DNA of 59,379 bases, counting the filler, from Porpidia crustulata (lineage: Eukaryota), in the NCBI GenBank assembly GCA_964255105.1. It is 5 parts of 5 records of this genome, joined end to end, with 100 filler letters (N's around TTAATTAATTAA, not from the genome) between each part and the next. Parts side by side here need not be neighbours in the genome. Positions count along the whole stretch, not along the records: positions 1 to 11,799 come from CAXUWE010000598.1; 4 more parts are not named here. One strand, written 5' to 3'. The notes beneath the pieces are model-generated. The model was given only the letters and a program-made list of their open reading frames with translations. It was not told the DNA's origin and searched no databases. The translations under genes and the position numbers were made by a program. Shown in pieces: positions 1 through 11,899 of the stretch. Positions within the stretch are counted from its first letter, which is position 1. Each line of letters begins with the position of its first letter.

Positions 1-791
1 GGGTTGGGGGCGGTGGATTGGTTTTTTTCTTAGGCGATGGTTTGCTTCTTGATGGAAATAGATATTGGATTTCATGGGTTTCTAATTACTGTACTCTACA
101 CGTGCGTATCTGTCACAATAGACAAGGTGGTGAGATGGCCCATGCTGCGTGTGTACGGAGTGCCGGGTAGTTCATTGCTATAAAAAGGGAAAAAGTGGGA
201 TGGATAGTATGTTCATGGCGTCTTTGCTAGTGCGATTCTCAGGGCATCGTTCACAGAGACTTTGCTTTATCCGAAGGGAAAATTGCAAAGATAAAGCCTG
301 GGGTAGATATTGTACAACCTTCTTCCATGTTCCTTAACTTTCGGGACTCAACACCATCCCTACACTCTATTGCTATGAGCATACATAATCGCCACTGTAA
401 GCAACTCCCCAAAGTACCCCGGTACCGCTATACTTACGCACCAATATCCTGCGGTGGTTTCAGTTGTCCCTATCTTATACGAATGACCTACAGTTCTACT
501 TCTTAGGCGTCGGTTGTCATCTATAAGACCATTGGAACGGGTGTCTGCGTAATGATACGTGACGAGATGGCTAAGTATGATTCTTCGCTTCTGGAGGTTT
601 GGAAGCATGGGGGTGTGAGTCCGTGGATTTGGCTTAGACGATTGTGTGTTGTGCGTTTGCCGCTGGGTCAAGTCTAGGTGTGTTGTGGTTTTCAGGATAG
701 ATGCGATACTTCGCGGCTGTGTGGATGTAGTTTTGAGCCTTAAAGCAGGGGGCACGTTGTGTTGAAGCTTCGACAACGCTTCATCCCCATA

Positions 792-2000
792 TCATGTTTT
801 CTTCTTGAGGGGCGGCATACCCAGCTGCTCCATCTTAATCCTAACCTTCTCTTCCGTCTCCTTTCTCTTTATTGCCTTTGCTTCCATCTCTTCCGAAACC
901 ACCTCCTTCCCGCTCGGCACCTCGCCTCGAAGCACCTCGCCCCAGTCCAACCACTTATCCTGCGCCTGGGCCACTACATGTTTCATCTCCTCGATGCCGA
1001 CTCCAGTCCCGCCGATCTTCTCGATCGATAGCAATTCCCAATTATACTCGTACTTCTTTTCGCCAAGTACGACGGTGACGGTTTCGTCGCACACGCTTTC
1101 CTCGAACCCATCTGGGTCTGCCAGCACAAATTTCTCACCAGTCTTAGCGTCCTCGAAGATTGCAGAGGTCGCCGCGATGGGGAGATGCCTTAGTAAAAGC
1201 GGCTTTGCCAGAGTAGCGTCGTCGTCGCATAGTACCGTATCTCTGTTGGGATCCCACCAAGCCTTGGGTAATCGCACGTCTCTCAGCGCGGCGAGCATGG
1301 CGGCCCAAGCGGCATCGAAAGGATTTCCGTCGAGGGAGATGAAGAGAATGTCGATGTAGAGAGTCCAGAAAGCCTTGACAGAGGGTTTCGTAGCTTCCTC
1401 ATCCACATCATCTTCCTCCATTTGGTCTCGAGAATCGGTTTTCGGCGGATAACACCATATCCTGAGATCATCCATATCCACTAGCCATGAAGTATGCAAC
1501 AGCATTAGTAGCCTCTGGCTTGTTGTCTGTGCCAATATTGAAGGCGGACCCCCAGGCACGTGCGCCGGCGAGCACCCAGTCGCTAGTTCCACATTCGGTA
1601 CCAGGAGGTTCAGATGAGCCATCTCCTCGATATCCCCCTTCACCTTCCTTCTCTTAGCTTGACGTACATTCTCCCCAATCCGTGGGTTTTCAGTAGATTC
1701 ATCTCGAGGCTGGTAGTCAGCGACGTTCCTTGCTAGCAGTATTTCCGTACGGACGCCACATACAACAGCTGTATCGCCGGCACGAATGACAGCACTGCCA
1801 TTGGCATGAGTGAGAGAACCTGTGTTGACTGTCAGAGAACGCGACTGTGTTTGTGAGCGGCTGGAAGGGCGAGTGGGGCCTGTGGGAGCGGTAAGGTGGG
1901 CGTGGAGGAAGACCTGCGGCGCGAGTTTGGCGAACGTGAGGGCCGGGAAGGAAATGGGTTGAGGCGTTGTAGAGGCATCCGGGGTGGGAGTGATAGCCAT
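792..2000 (-). CDS. RRP43: Exosome complex component Rrp43 (RNase PH-like)
   Basis: 402-aa intronless ORF with RNase PH-like motifs: GSLTHANGSAVIRAGDTAVVCGVR, LLVPNVEL, FWTLYIDILFISLDGNPFDAAW, VLADPDGFEE. Confidence 0.9.
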   Translation of the reverse strand: MAITPTPDASTTPQPISFPALTFAKLAPQVFLHAHLTAPTGPTRPSSRSQTQSRSLTVNTGSLTHANGSAVIRAGDTAVVCGVRTEILLARNVADYQPRDESTENPRIGENVRQAKRRKVKGDIEEMAHLNLLVPNVELATGCSPAHVPGGPPSILAQTTSQRLLMLLHTSWLVDMDDLRIWCYPPKTDSRDQMEEDDVDEEATKPSVKAFWTLYIDILFISLDGNPFDAAWAAMLAALRDVRLPKAWWDPNRDTVLCDDDATLAKPLLLRHLPIAATSAIFEDAKTGEKFVLADPDGFEESVCDETVTVVLGEKKYEYNWELLSIEKIGGTGVGIEEMKHVVAQAQDKWLDWGEVLRGEVPSGKEVVSEEMEAKAIKRKETEEKVRIKMEQLGMPPLKKKT

Positions 2001-2277
2001 AGTGGTAGAAAGAGAGGTGCTCCCTGCGACAAGACCAGTAAATGCGCGCTTGTGGATAGACGCGGATAGTTTTCAAGTGAGATTCGAAGTGAAATGGATA
2101 CTTTAGATGCGAGTAGGTTCAGCTTTGGCAAGATAACGGTGACGCAGCCGCACTGGCGAGGATGAGGAAGCTCCGTTCTCTCCTGATGTGCATCTTTTGC
2201 TGCGTACTAGATATCATGGTGCTTCCAAGGGCTATTCATAGCCTTCCCTCCGCAGCTTGCCTCGAGGATCACACTGC

Positions 2278-5200
2278 ATGGCGCTTAGACTAAGGTGTCT
2301 TTTGTCTCTTAGAAAGACAAAGCAAGACCCAATTAACCAGCATTCACCTTTGGTAAGTCGAGATTTGAGCCAGCTTCCTCGAGGCCAGCGAGTGAATTAA
2401 TTTTACATCAGGATGTCAAAAGTGGCGTGGTCGATCACATCAAGCGCAATGGTCAGCAAAAGATAACGGTCTACATCTCCTCAGTCAGCCCTCCGACGGA
2501 CTTGAGGACGCGATTCCTTTACGGTATCCGGTAGATCTCATCTTTGTACATGGGCTCAATGGCCACGTTTCACGCACATGGACACATCCAAACGGGACGT
2601 GCTGGCCTGAAGACCTACTTCCTGGAGAGCTGCCAGGTGCGCGTATTTACTCATATGGATACCCATCCAAAGTCTTCGCAAGCAAATCTGTTGCTGGCAT
2701 ACGCGATTTCACAGGGCACTTGTTGAACGATACAGAGGTTATCAATAAAGATTCACGCCCCATCATCTTCATCTGTCACAGCCTTGGCGGCATTGTGGCC
2801 AAACAAGCCATGATCATAGCTCATCACAACGATGAGCATAAAGCTGCTTGGTCTGCGACTAAAGCTATCATCTTCATGGGAACACCTCACGATGGAAGCT
2901 ACTACGCAGACTACGGCAAGGTGCTCGCTGACGTAGCCAACGTCGCGTCGCGTATATCTCTCACGCACCGCTTTACGGGTGGTGTGCGAACTCCGCTCAT
3001 AGAAAGCTTGAAGAGTCAAAGTGTAGAGTTGCGAGCAATAGCTGATGATTTTGTGGCCATAAGCCAAGGTTCTAATCTTCATGTCATCAACTTTTATGAA
3101 ACTGAAGCACAATCTTACACGAACAGGACTGTGAGCTACTACCTATTGAAGCCGGGCGCACAACTTTGTCCTCCAATGATTTCATTCTGACCATTCTCCA
3201 GATTGTAGATGCTAAGTTAGCGAAGTCGGGGGTACCTGGAGAAAGGTCTCTTCCGCTCTTTCTGAACCACCAAGAGTTCTGCCGATTCAGCGGTCCTCGT
3301 GATCCAAATTTCCACAAAGTTTTAGATCATATCAGAAGACAGATTCCTCCCGAGATTACTGAGTTGAGAACTATCAGTTCAAGTCTCAATTCGGATCATT
3401 GTAAGGAAAATACCACGCAACCTGTCCGTTCTGAGTATTTACAAGATCAGCATTTACCGAGACCGAAAAGCAATACGCATCACTGCTAAATACGCTCGAT
3501 ATCGCAGAATACGAAGCAAAGGTCGACACAAGAGTCGAGGGGACACTGGAGTGGGTCTTACGAAAACAGCAGTACACTGATTGGATATCGAGTGCGTGAA
3601 TAAGGTTGCTGTGGGTCATAGGATACGCTGGTACTGGAAAGACTGTCTTGTCATCGTTCGTCTCGCAGATCCTGCGCGGACGACAACCTAAGGCCTTGGT
3701 TTGCAGATTCTTTTGTGATGCTAAGATTGAAAGCTACCGTGATCCTTGTGCTATGCTGAGAAGTCTCATTTATCAGCTGGCCGACCAAAAGCGAAGACTT
3801 TGGAGTACGGTCAAGAGGGCATCAGATGCGGCTGGCTTCAATGTGTTTAATCAGTTTGACTCTCTTTGGAACCTCTTTGAACGACTCGCTTGTTCCGAGA
3901 CGAAGCGTATGGTGGCTATTATCATAGACTCATTCGACGAGTTCCAGCGCGAGACCCAGATTCGTATCTTTGAGCGCATTACGCGGCTCTTATCTTCAGA
4001 AGGTGGTGAGCGCGTGAAGTTCTTTATCACTTCTAGGCCGTTCGCAGAATACTCAACTCAACATCAACTCAATCCTTTACAGGTGGCTCGACTTGCCCAT
4101 TGGGAAAATCCAGAGGATACCAAGAATGATATTAGATGTCTCATCCATTACCGACTCGAGGAATTGGTCAGAAGAGGCGTCTGCACACCAGTCATACGTG
4201 ATAAGTTGGAAGAACAGCTTGTCAAGAAAGCCGACCAAACGTTCTTATGGATCAAGGTTGTGTTACCTCTACTTGAAAAGCGACGACTGTTACTACCAGA
4301 GAGCATCGATAGTATTCTGAACCTCGTTCCTGGAGAGCTTGAGTCATTTTATAGGCACCTGCTGTCGTCTATACCTGAGGATGATCAAGATACGGCAGCC
4401 GCTGTTGCGGTTGCTTGTTGTGTGTGACAGACCTCTCATGGGAGATGAGATCGGAATATTCATGACAATCAAACCCAACTATAAATCAGCCGCTTTGCTT
4501 CAAAGCGAGCTTCTGGTTGGGCATGACTCTGTACAGACTTTGCTCGGGCCATCGGTGCGAATTCATGAGCCACAGGTTGAGCTTGTCCATGGATCACTCA
4601 AGGAGTATCTAGTGTCGCTTTCGAAGACAAGTCAAGATGCATTGGCAGCAAAGTTTGCCGTCGATCCAACGCGTGACATTCGGGATATCCTTGAAAAATG
4701 CTGGATGTATCTATCTCTTGAAGAGTTCCAGATTGACGTTCATGCTTCGCTCAGGTCCGCTGACGGTAGCCAAAGCTCATGGAGAGAGGATTCACCCACG
4801 GAAGAAACAAATAGCCAGCCACCCTCGGTCTACAGCCTCAATCTTTTCAATCAGCCTATCTTCGAGGAGGGCACAATTGCTGATGAGTCTGCATGGCTTG
4901 CTGTAAGCGACAGATATCAAGCTTTCGATTTTGTAGCCTTACATTGGACATCGATGTTCAGATTATGCGAAGCTATTGCGACCGAAGAAGACATTGACAG
5001 GGCAATCTCACTATGCAAGACGGACACGCCCGTGTTCAGTAACTGGTTCCATTATTATTGGCTTAAGAAAATGCCTTTTGAAGATTTACCTGCAAGAATT
5101 GACATTCTCACAGTCACCTCTTTCTTAGGACATCGAAGAAGCCTAGAACGTTTAATTGGTAGTCCTACAAATTTTGACTCACAGACGATATCTAGCGCTC

Positions 5201-6393
5201 TTTTCTAGGCAGCACAGCAGAATCATGATGCATGCTTTGTCGCGCTTCTCAAAAGTTCGGGATGTGACCCGCAGAACTCGGGAAACGGAGACCAAATACC
5301 TCTATTGACTGCATCACGATTTGGACGTCTGGACTGCGTCAGACTTCTCCTAGAAGATGATCGCGTTGATATCAATGCTCAGGATCGCGTTGGGCGATCA
5401 GCTTTATATCTAGCTACAGCCAATAATCACCTTGAAGTGGTGAAAAGGTTGTTAGCTCATGAAGATGTAGATGTCAATCTCCCAAGCCGAGCCCTCAACA
5501 CTCCTTTGCACGTAGCCATTGGTACTGCCGCCGAACCAATACTTACAACATTCTTGGCTGACCAACGTACCGATGCTTATACACTTGACAAACGGGGACG
5601 CAGCATCCTCTCTTGGGCAGCTGAACTTGGGTACAAAGAATGCGTATCGATAATTCTGAGACTCGCGCCAACTGTAGTTGAACTAGAGGACCTTAAAGGT
5701 CGCACACCGCTCTCCTATGCTGCACAGCACGGCCACTTGCCCATCGTCCGCATGCTCATTAATAATGGCCACGCTGACCCACTAGCAAAAGATACATCCG
5801 GCCGCAACATCCATTCCTGGGCCGCATCGCAACGTAACACTGGAGTCCTACATTATCTCCTAAAGAAGTTCCCCTCAGGCGTAGACATCCCCGACAATGA
5901 TGGCTGGGCCCCTATTGCATGGACGTTCGATACCCCCGGCTACACCAAAAACTTTCACCTGCTCCTCCGCAGTGGTCACGTGAACACGAACCAAAGAGAC
6001 GGTGTCTTTGGTCGCTCACTCCTTTCTTGGATTGCCAGCTATGCCTATCTGGAGATGGCCGAGGAAATAATAGAATTTCCTGATGCCGATCTTGAGTCGA
6101 GGGATCTGAACGGTCGTACGCCGCTTTCAGATGCTGCCGCCAGTGGCAGTGCAAAGATCGTCCAAATGCTGCTTGCTACTGGGAAAGTCAATGTGAATTC
6201 CAGGGATAATCACGGGCAGACACCGCTAATGTGGGCTGCTAAAGAGGGACACGCTGATGTTGTCAAGTTGCTCCTTGCGTGTCAGGATGTGAAAACGGAC
6301 ATCCGCAGCGCTTCTGGCGAGATGGCTGTTGATATAGCGTGGAATTTGGGACATAATGAGATTATAGCTGATTTCAAGGAGAGCAGACGATGA
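2278..6393 (+). pseudogene. Fungal NLR: SesB-like alpha/beta hydrolase - NACHT - ankyrin repeats, disrupted
   Basis: VDLIFVHGLNG...FICHSLGGIV lipase-like domain (about 2525-3130), Walker A GYAGTGKT (about 3620), Walker B IIIDSFDE, and about 10 ankyrin repeats (5200-6390). Lesions: apparent frameshift near 2460, TGA at 3597-3599, frameshift near 4400, TAG at 5206-5208. The start at 2278 is inferred from a GTAAGT...CAG intron at 2353-2411. Confidence 0.85.
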
Positions 6394-7707
6394 AGAAAGT
6401 CCGGACACTTTTTTCCCGGTAAAGGAGGGCGCCTGAGGTACTATCGTAAGTTTCAGCTTACAGCTATAAGTTTGATCGGACTCTTCATCTTTCAAATCGT
6501 CACGTGGGGGACGACAGACTTGCTGCTGGTGATCTTCCATTGATCAGCCGAGGAACAAATCTCAAGATCGACTGTAAGTCTTGTGAGCTTATATATATAC
6601 AGACATTCTTCGATTTCTTCATATTTGCTTTGGTCAATCTTGTTGCCTCATAAGCTACATCTGTCGCGCCCGAGCGCTCTCCTCGACCATTTCACCCCCT
6701 TGAATCAAGTGAATCCCTTGCTGATAATCACATTGTCACAATAGACGTCTACTTATAGCAAACATGACAGCTTCAAACGGCCCTCCCGATGCGAGTGCTA
6801 CATGCAACAGAGTGTGGAAGGTCCGACTGATCTCGATCATTTCATTCCTCCCCGGTAAATGCTTCTCTCTGCACTCGTTGATGATATATTGATCCTTGAA
6901 CAGGGTCTTTCCTAGCCCATTGATTGGGTCGCGGTTGGTTTTTGGAACGCTGCCGTTCAGATTGAATTGTACCCACGTTACATACATACGATTATCTCGC
7001 TCTATGTCAAGGTGTGGCCTAAAGACCAATATACTGGCAACATATGTAAGAATACACCCTTCAGGGCTACTCAAGCGATCTACCTTAGGTGCCAAGACCC
7101 GGATTAGATCAATCGATCTAGGTGCTTCACTAGGGTAGAGCTCATTCCCTTGATTAGACAGTGAGGAGCTTCCGCTCCACCTTCCCTTCTTGTCTCTCGT
7201 CTTGTATACTACCTCGTGTTTGGACAGCTACTTATACTATCATTCTAGTCACTCCTAGCCCAGCTCTGACAAACATTCTTTCTAGACTTCTAAAGTATTG
7301 GTAGTATGAACGCTTTCATTCGATTTCCCTTTTTTCCTCTTCCCCATGAAACATATATAGACTCCTGCTGTGTAAACAAGCATGGTTTTCTGAGAACAAC
7401 TCGTGACATCCCTTGCGTATCCAATCGTTTGCTACTGCTAGGTCAGATATCTTGGCCGTACCGTAGGGATTGCAGAAACTGAGTCGTGAATGATAGACCA
7501 TCTCCATGACGCCCTTGCTCATTTTCGATGTTCTCGCCGGAAGTCTAGGGGAAGGGCGGCGAGATGCAAGCTAGCCGAATACGGCACGCCTTACCGGATC
7601 ATGTAATTCACTGCACACGTACTACGCGATATCGTAGGGCTCGACGAGAGGGTTGTACTGCGAGATGTGTTTGAACACTTAGTTGCTCAAAGACCAGGTC
7701 ATACAGC

Positions 7708-8362
7708 ATGGCTACGAACGTAGCGATCGATACTACTATGGTCAGATCCTTTCACTCCCGCTTTAGCAGAGAACTGCCTGACTGGATGCAGGGTTCCATA
7801 GTGGTCGAGCTATATAATAATCATGCACCGAAGGTATTATTCTCCTAGAAGTGCTGAGCTCTGCGATTTGTCTCATCTGTTGCGCTCTAGACCTGCAAAA
7901 ACTTTGCAGAACTCGCCCGCCGTGGATACTATAATAATGTCATATTCCATCGCATAATTCCAAACTTTATGCTCCAGACGGGCGATCCTACAGGTACCGG
8001 CCGCGGCGGGACCTCCGTCTACGGCGAGAAATTTGAGGACGAGATCGATCCCTCCCTCAAGCACACTGGCGCAGGAGTTTTGAGTATGGCGAATAGTGGA
8101 GCAAATACCAACGGGAGCCAATTCTTGTTTGTGTCACCTTCTACGTCGTTGAACAATTTCAGTAATTGAGACGAGTTTTAGTATTACGCTTGCGCCGACG
8201 CCGTGGCTGGATGGGAAACATACAATCTTTGGAAGAGTCAAAAGTGGGCTAAGAGTTGTACAGAGAATGGGTTTGGTAAAGACGGGGGCGGAGGACAGGC
8301 CGATGGATCAGGTCAAGATATTGAAGGCTGGGATTATCGAGGATGGGCAGGATCACGATTGA
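7708..8362 (+). CDS. CYP1: Peptidyl-prolyl cis-trans isomerase, PPIL1-type cyclophilin (4 exons)
   Basis: Spliced by eye: [67 protein letters not shown]...[38 protein letters not shown] introns start at 7741, about 7834 and about 8127. Confidence 0.93.
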
Positions 8363-9433
8363 ATTCAGACTTTACCAGGACGACTGATGTTCTCAGTCAA
8401 GCGTTCCGGGGGAGACGCTGACTCTGCTATGCTGTAAAAATTTCAGTTCCTGGCGAGGATTGCAACGGGAATCCAAGACAAGAGTACAGTTATTCGGCAT
8501 ACACCGGACTATTACCAGGGCATGCCAAAGTCGATGCAGCAACTTGAAAAGGGAGTCTCGCCTAAGTGTTGCAATGGCTATTGGTACAGGCTGGTGCCTA
8601 GCCTACCTTGGAGGTCTATAGCTCTTCCCTATGTTATGCCGCCTCATTGGAAAAAGGTTCTATACGCAAACAATACAATCATGGTGGTGTAGCGATGATC
8701 CGGAATATGTGAGTAGGACTCCTGACTTGGAACACTCGCATTTATCACAAAGTTGCTGAGAAGTCATGTTAGTATTCAACGAACTAAAGCTCTTTCTGTC
8801 AGAATTAGTCCACAACTCAGACAGTGCTTTGAGCCGTGTCTCTGATACAAAATCACTCAAGCATTTAAATCCATCCATTATTTGTACAGACTGAATGATG
8901 CTTGACTTATATGTCGTGGGATTCATATTCGACTTTTCTACATACATGCCCCCAGTGTGCCAGTGTATGCCTGTAAGCCATACACCTAATCATCTTCTCC
9001 AAGGCCACGCTGTGCGCTTAGCCCACGGTCAAGACCACATCAAGGTTCCGTATCAGAGCTACTACGAGCTATACAGTTTGTTCATGGAAAAGTTTACCAA
9101 ATTATTCTTGTACCATCACAAAACGAACTGCTTCATTCAGGTGAAATCCAGAGCAGTAGATACAGGATGGAATAGTCTGTTCTCACACATCCATAGTCTG
9201 AGGGCCAATGAAGGCTCAGAAAGAGTCATCGTCATAGTGATATGCATGAGATATTTTGTGGACGTGGTTGAAAAGGAAAAATATTTGGTTTAGAAATCCC
9301 TAGGGTCTTGAGCTAGGGCTTACACTAGCTATAGGGCTGAGCCAGGCTAGCTACCTTGGTGGAAGCTACTGAAATTTCGAATTTGCTTTCGATGAACAGG
9401 GATAAGGGCGTGCTCTAATTCCTGCCAAAAAAA

Positions 9434-11388
9434 ATGGAGACACTCAATCAAACCGTATGGGACGTGGTACTCGCTGGAACTGGGATATCTCAATCTCTTC
9501 TAGCACTGTAAGCTTGTCCAGCTTAGAGTTCAATGTCCATGCACTAGACATCTCTGACTGACTCAGCTTGAGGAAGCGCCCTCTCGAGGTCTGGTAAGAA
9601 AGTGCTGCATATTGACCGAAATGATTATTATGGGAGCGCAGAAGCAGCTCTCAGCTTGCAAGAGGTAGAAGCGTGGGTCGAGTCCATCACTTCTGGTAAG
9701 CTGAGAACCGGAAGCCAGTTGAAGTGTAGCTAAAGCACATTGCAGCTTCGCAACATTTGCCCTTCAAGAATGCAGTTCTCCTACGCAACCCTGAATCTGG
9801 ATCCCAACTCGGATTCTCTCGCGCGTACAGTATATCGTTATCGCCACAGCTTATTTACTCCCGCTCAAATCTGCTACCAGCCCTTATTTCCTCAAAGGTC
9901 TATCGGCAATTAGAATTTCTTGCTGTTGGCAGTTGGTGGGAGTATGAAGGGAGTGATCATGATAGTGGCTCGTACGATGGCACCGCCAATACTCTGGAGT
10001 CTGAAAACCGCTCGCCCAGGCTTCGGAAAATCCCCGGAGGTCGGGAAGATGTTTTCGGAGATACCAGCCTCGATCTCAGATCTACAAGAGCCCTGATGAA
10101 CTTCCTCAAGCTCGCTGCAGATACCGAAGCCCACCCTGCGATCTTGGCAGAATGGGGGAGGAAGCCATTCCCAGAATTTTTGACCGCCTATGTCAAAGCA
10201 CCACCAACATTGCAACCTCCATTGTTGGCCCTAACGCTATCTATGAATCTCCCTAGCCAGACCACAACAGCCTACGCTCTTCCACAAATTTATAGGCATC
10301 TTACATCGATAGGAATGTTTGGACCAGGCTTTGGCTCCCTCATACCGCGCTGGGGTGGGCTTGCAGAAGTTGCACAAGTGGCATGTCGTGCTCTTGCTGT
10401 CGGTGGAGGAGTCTATATTCTCAAGAAGGGTGTTGACAGCATTGAGATTGAAGATCCTGGCAAGCCAAATGACGAGTCAGCAAATACAAACGATCATGCT
10501 AGGCTGCTACTAGTGGGTCTTGAGGGAGGCGAGAAGGTCAAAGCCCGTTGGTTTGTAGGCAACCAGTACGACCTTCCATCGAAGCATCGGCTTGCAGCAC
10601 ACCACAAATCCATACAGATGTCCCATAGTATCAGCATTGTGTCGTCGCCGCTATCCTTCCTGTTTCCCCTTATAAGTGAAGGGTCGCCCTTACCGGCCGG
10701 CGCCTTTGTTGTTCTCCCCACTGGAACCCTCGGCGGCGAAGAGCAACCGCCGGTATATCTTATGGTCCATTCGAGTGACACAGGGGAATGCCCTGTAGGC
10801 CAGTGTAAGTCCTCAAATTTCGGCGTGCGATGCTTGCCAAAACTTTGCGTATATGATGAACCAAAAACGAATACTTATCTACATTGTCTGCAACATTATT
10901 GAAGATAACATACCTCTGACAGTCTGATTTTTACTCACTCAGATCTAATAGCTTGTTGTATTTGCGTTTATCAGCTTACAGCTAGCTAACGATGGGTACT
11001 CCATTCCCTAGGTGTCATTTACGCATCAATAGGCCATACTTCATCGTCCGAGTCTTCCGAAATACTTAATGCTGCCATTGAAAACTTTCTCCTCGCGATC
11101 CCTGAAAATCCCAAACCAAAAGTTCTCTGGAGCCTCTACTACGCCCAAGAACACGCCATCCCAGCATCTTCAGATGAAAATGAACCAGCAAATCCCGCGG
11201 CGAGTTTGGTGGAAAGCCACATCATCCAATTACCAGACATTCCACCCGGCGTGGCCTTGGAAGACGATCTACTCCGGAACGTCAGAGCAGCATGGGAGCA
11301 AATCACCGGTGGTAGAGGCGAAGGCTTCATGCAGTTTGGGGACCGTGAAGGCGTGGGTAACGAGGGCGAGGAGGAAGATGAGATGTAG
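9434..11388 (+). CDS. MRS6: Rab escort protein / Rab geranylgeranyltransferase component A (GDI/REP family), 4 exons
   Basis: METLNQTVWDVVLAGTGISQSLLAL|ALSRSGKKVLHIDRNDYYGS, PRWGGLAEVAQVACRALAVGGGVYIL. Intron 10805-11011 splices to give CPVGQCVIYASI. Acidic C-terminus with stop at 11388. Confidence 0.9.
10851..10929 (+). ncRNA. snR62: Intronic box C/D snoRNA (snR62/U34-like) with two guide elements
   Basis: C box ATGATGA 10853-10859; guide CTTATCTACATTGT 10874-10887 complementary to LSU rRNA ACAAUGUAGAUAAG; D'-like CTGC 10888-10891; C'-like TGAAGA about 10900; guide TACCTCTGACAG 10911-10922; D box CTGA 10924-10927. It lies within a 207-nt intron. rRNA target sequences are recalled, not searched. 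Confidence 0.85.
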
Positions 11389-11799
11389 CACGGGATTTAA
11401 GGAGTCGCAAAGCGTGAGTTCTGTTGGATGGGATGGTGCTGTTGGTCCCTCGTTTGTCTTTGAGCAGCTCCTTTCTCTTGTCTTGCAACATCCGGCTAGC
11501 TAGTAGGTCAACTCTATCATTTACGCAAAGAATAACAAAAGTCCGTCCGTATGCTCCCCACCCGCCTTTCTCTATTTACATCCTCTTGATCCATCCATTT
11601 CTCGCACGAAGCAAAACGAGCTAACTGTTCATCCGCGTGGATATTGAATAGTTGGGCAATGTGCAAAGACAATGATCTTGATATCTGAGATTTGATTGCT
11701 GGAAACCTGCCCACCACACTATTACCATTCACGCAATAGACCCATTGCGCAACCCCCCCAAAGCCATAACCGCATCGGTAACCCATCTGAACCATCATC

Positions 11800-11899
11800 N
11801 NNNNNNNNNNNNNNNNNNNNNNNNNNNNNNNNNNNNNNNNNNNTTAATTAATTAANNNNNNNNNNNNNNNNNNNNNNNNNNNNNNNNNNNNNNNNNNNN
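11800..11899. other. Artificial contig-joining linker
   Basis: N-run, TTAATTAATTAA (stops in all six frames), N-run; 100 nt. Confidence 0.95.

Noticed and set aside
2200..2720. Amyloid signalling motif (HET-s, sigma or PP type) associated with either NLR
   Set aside because: No N/Q/G-rich pseudo-repeat was seen; both NLRs carry their effector domain in cis.
8597..9365. Possible element bounded by TAGC(C)TACCTTGG-like direct repeats between CYP1 and the REP gene
   Set aside because: The match is short and imperfect, with no TIR, TSD or recognisable coding motif.
11844..11855. TTAATTAATTAA palindrome recurring four times in the window
   Set aside because: It always sits in the middle of a 100-nt N block, so it is a six-frame-stop assembly linker. 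Adjacency across these joins is also unproven.
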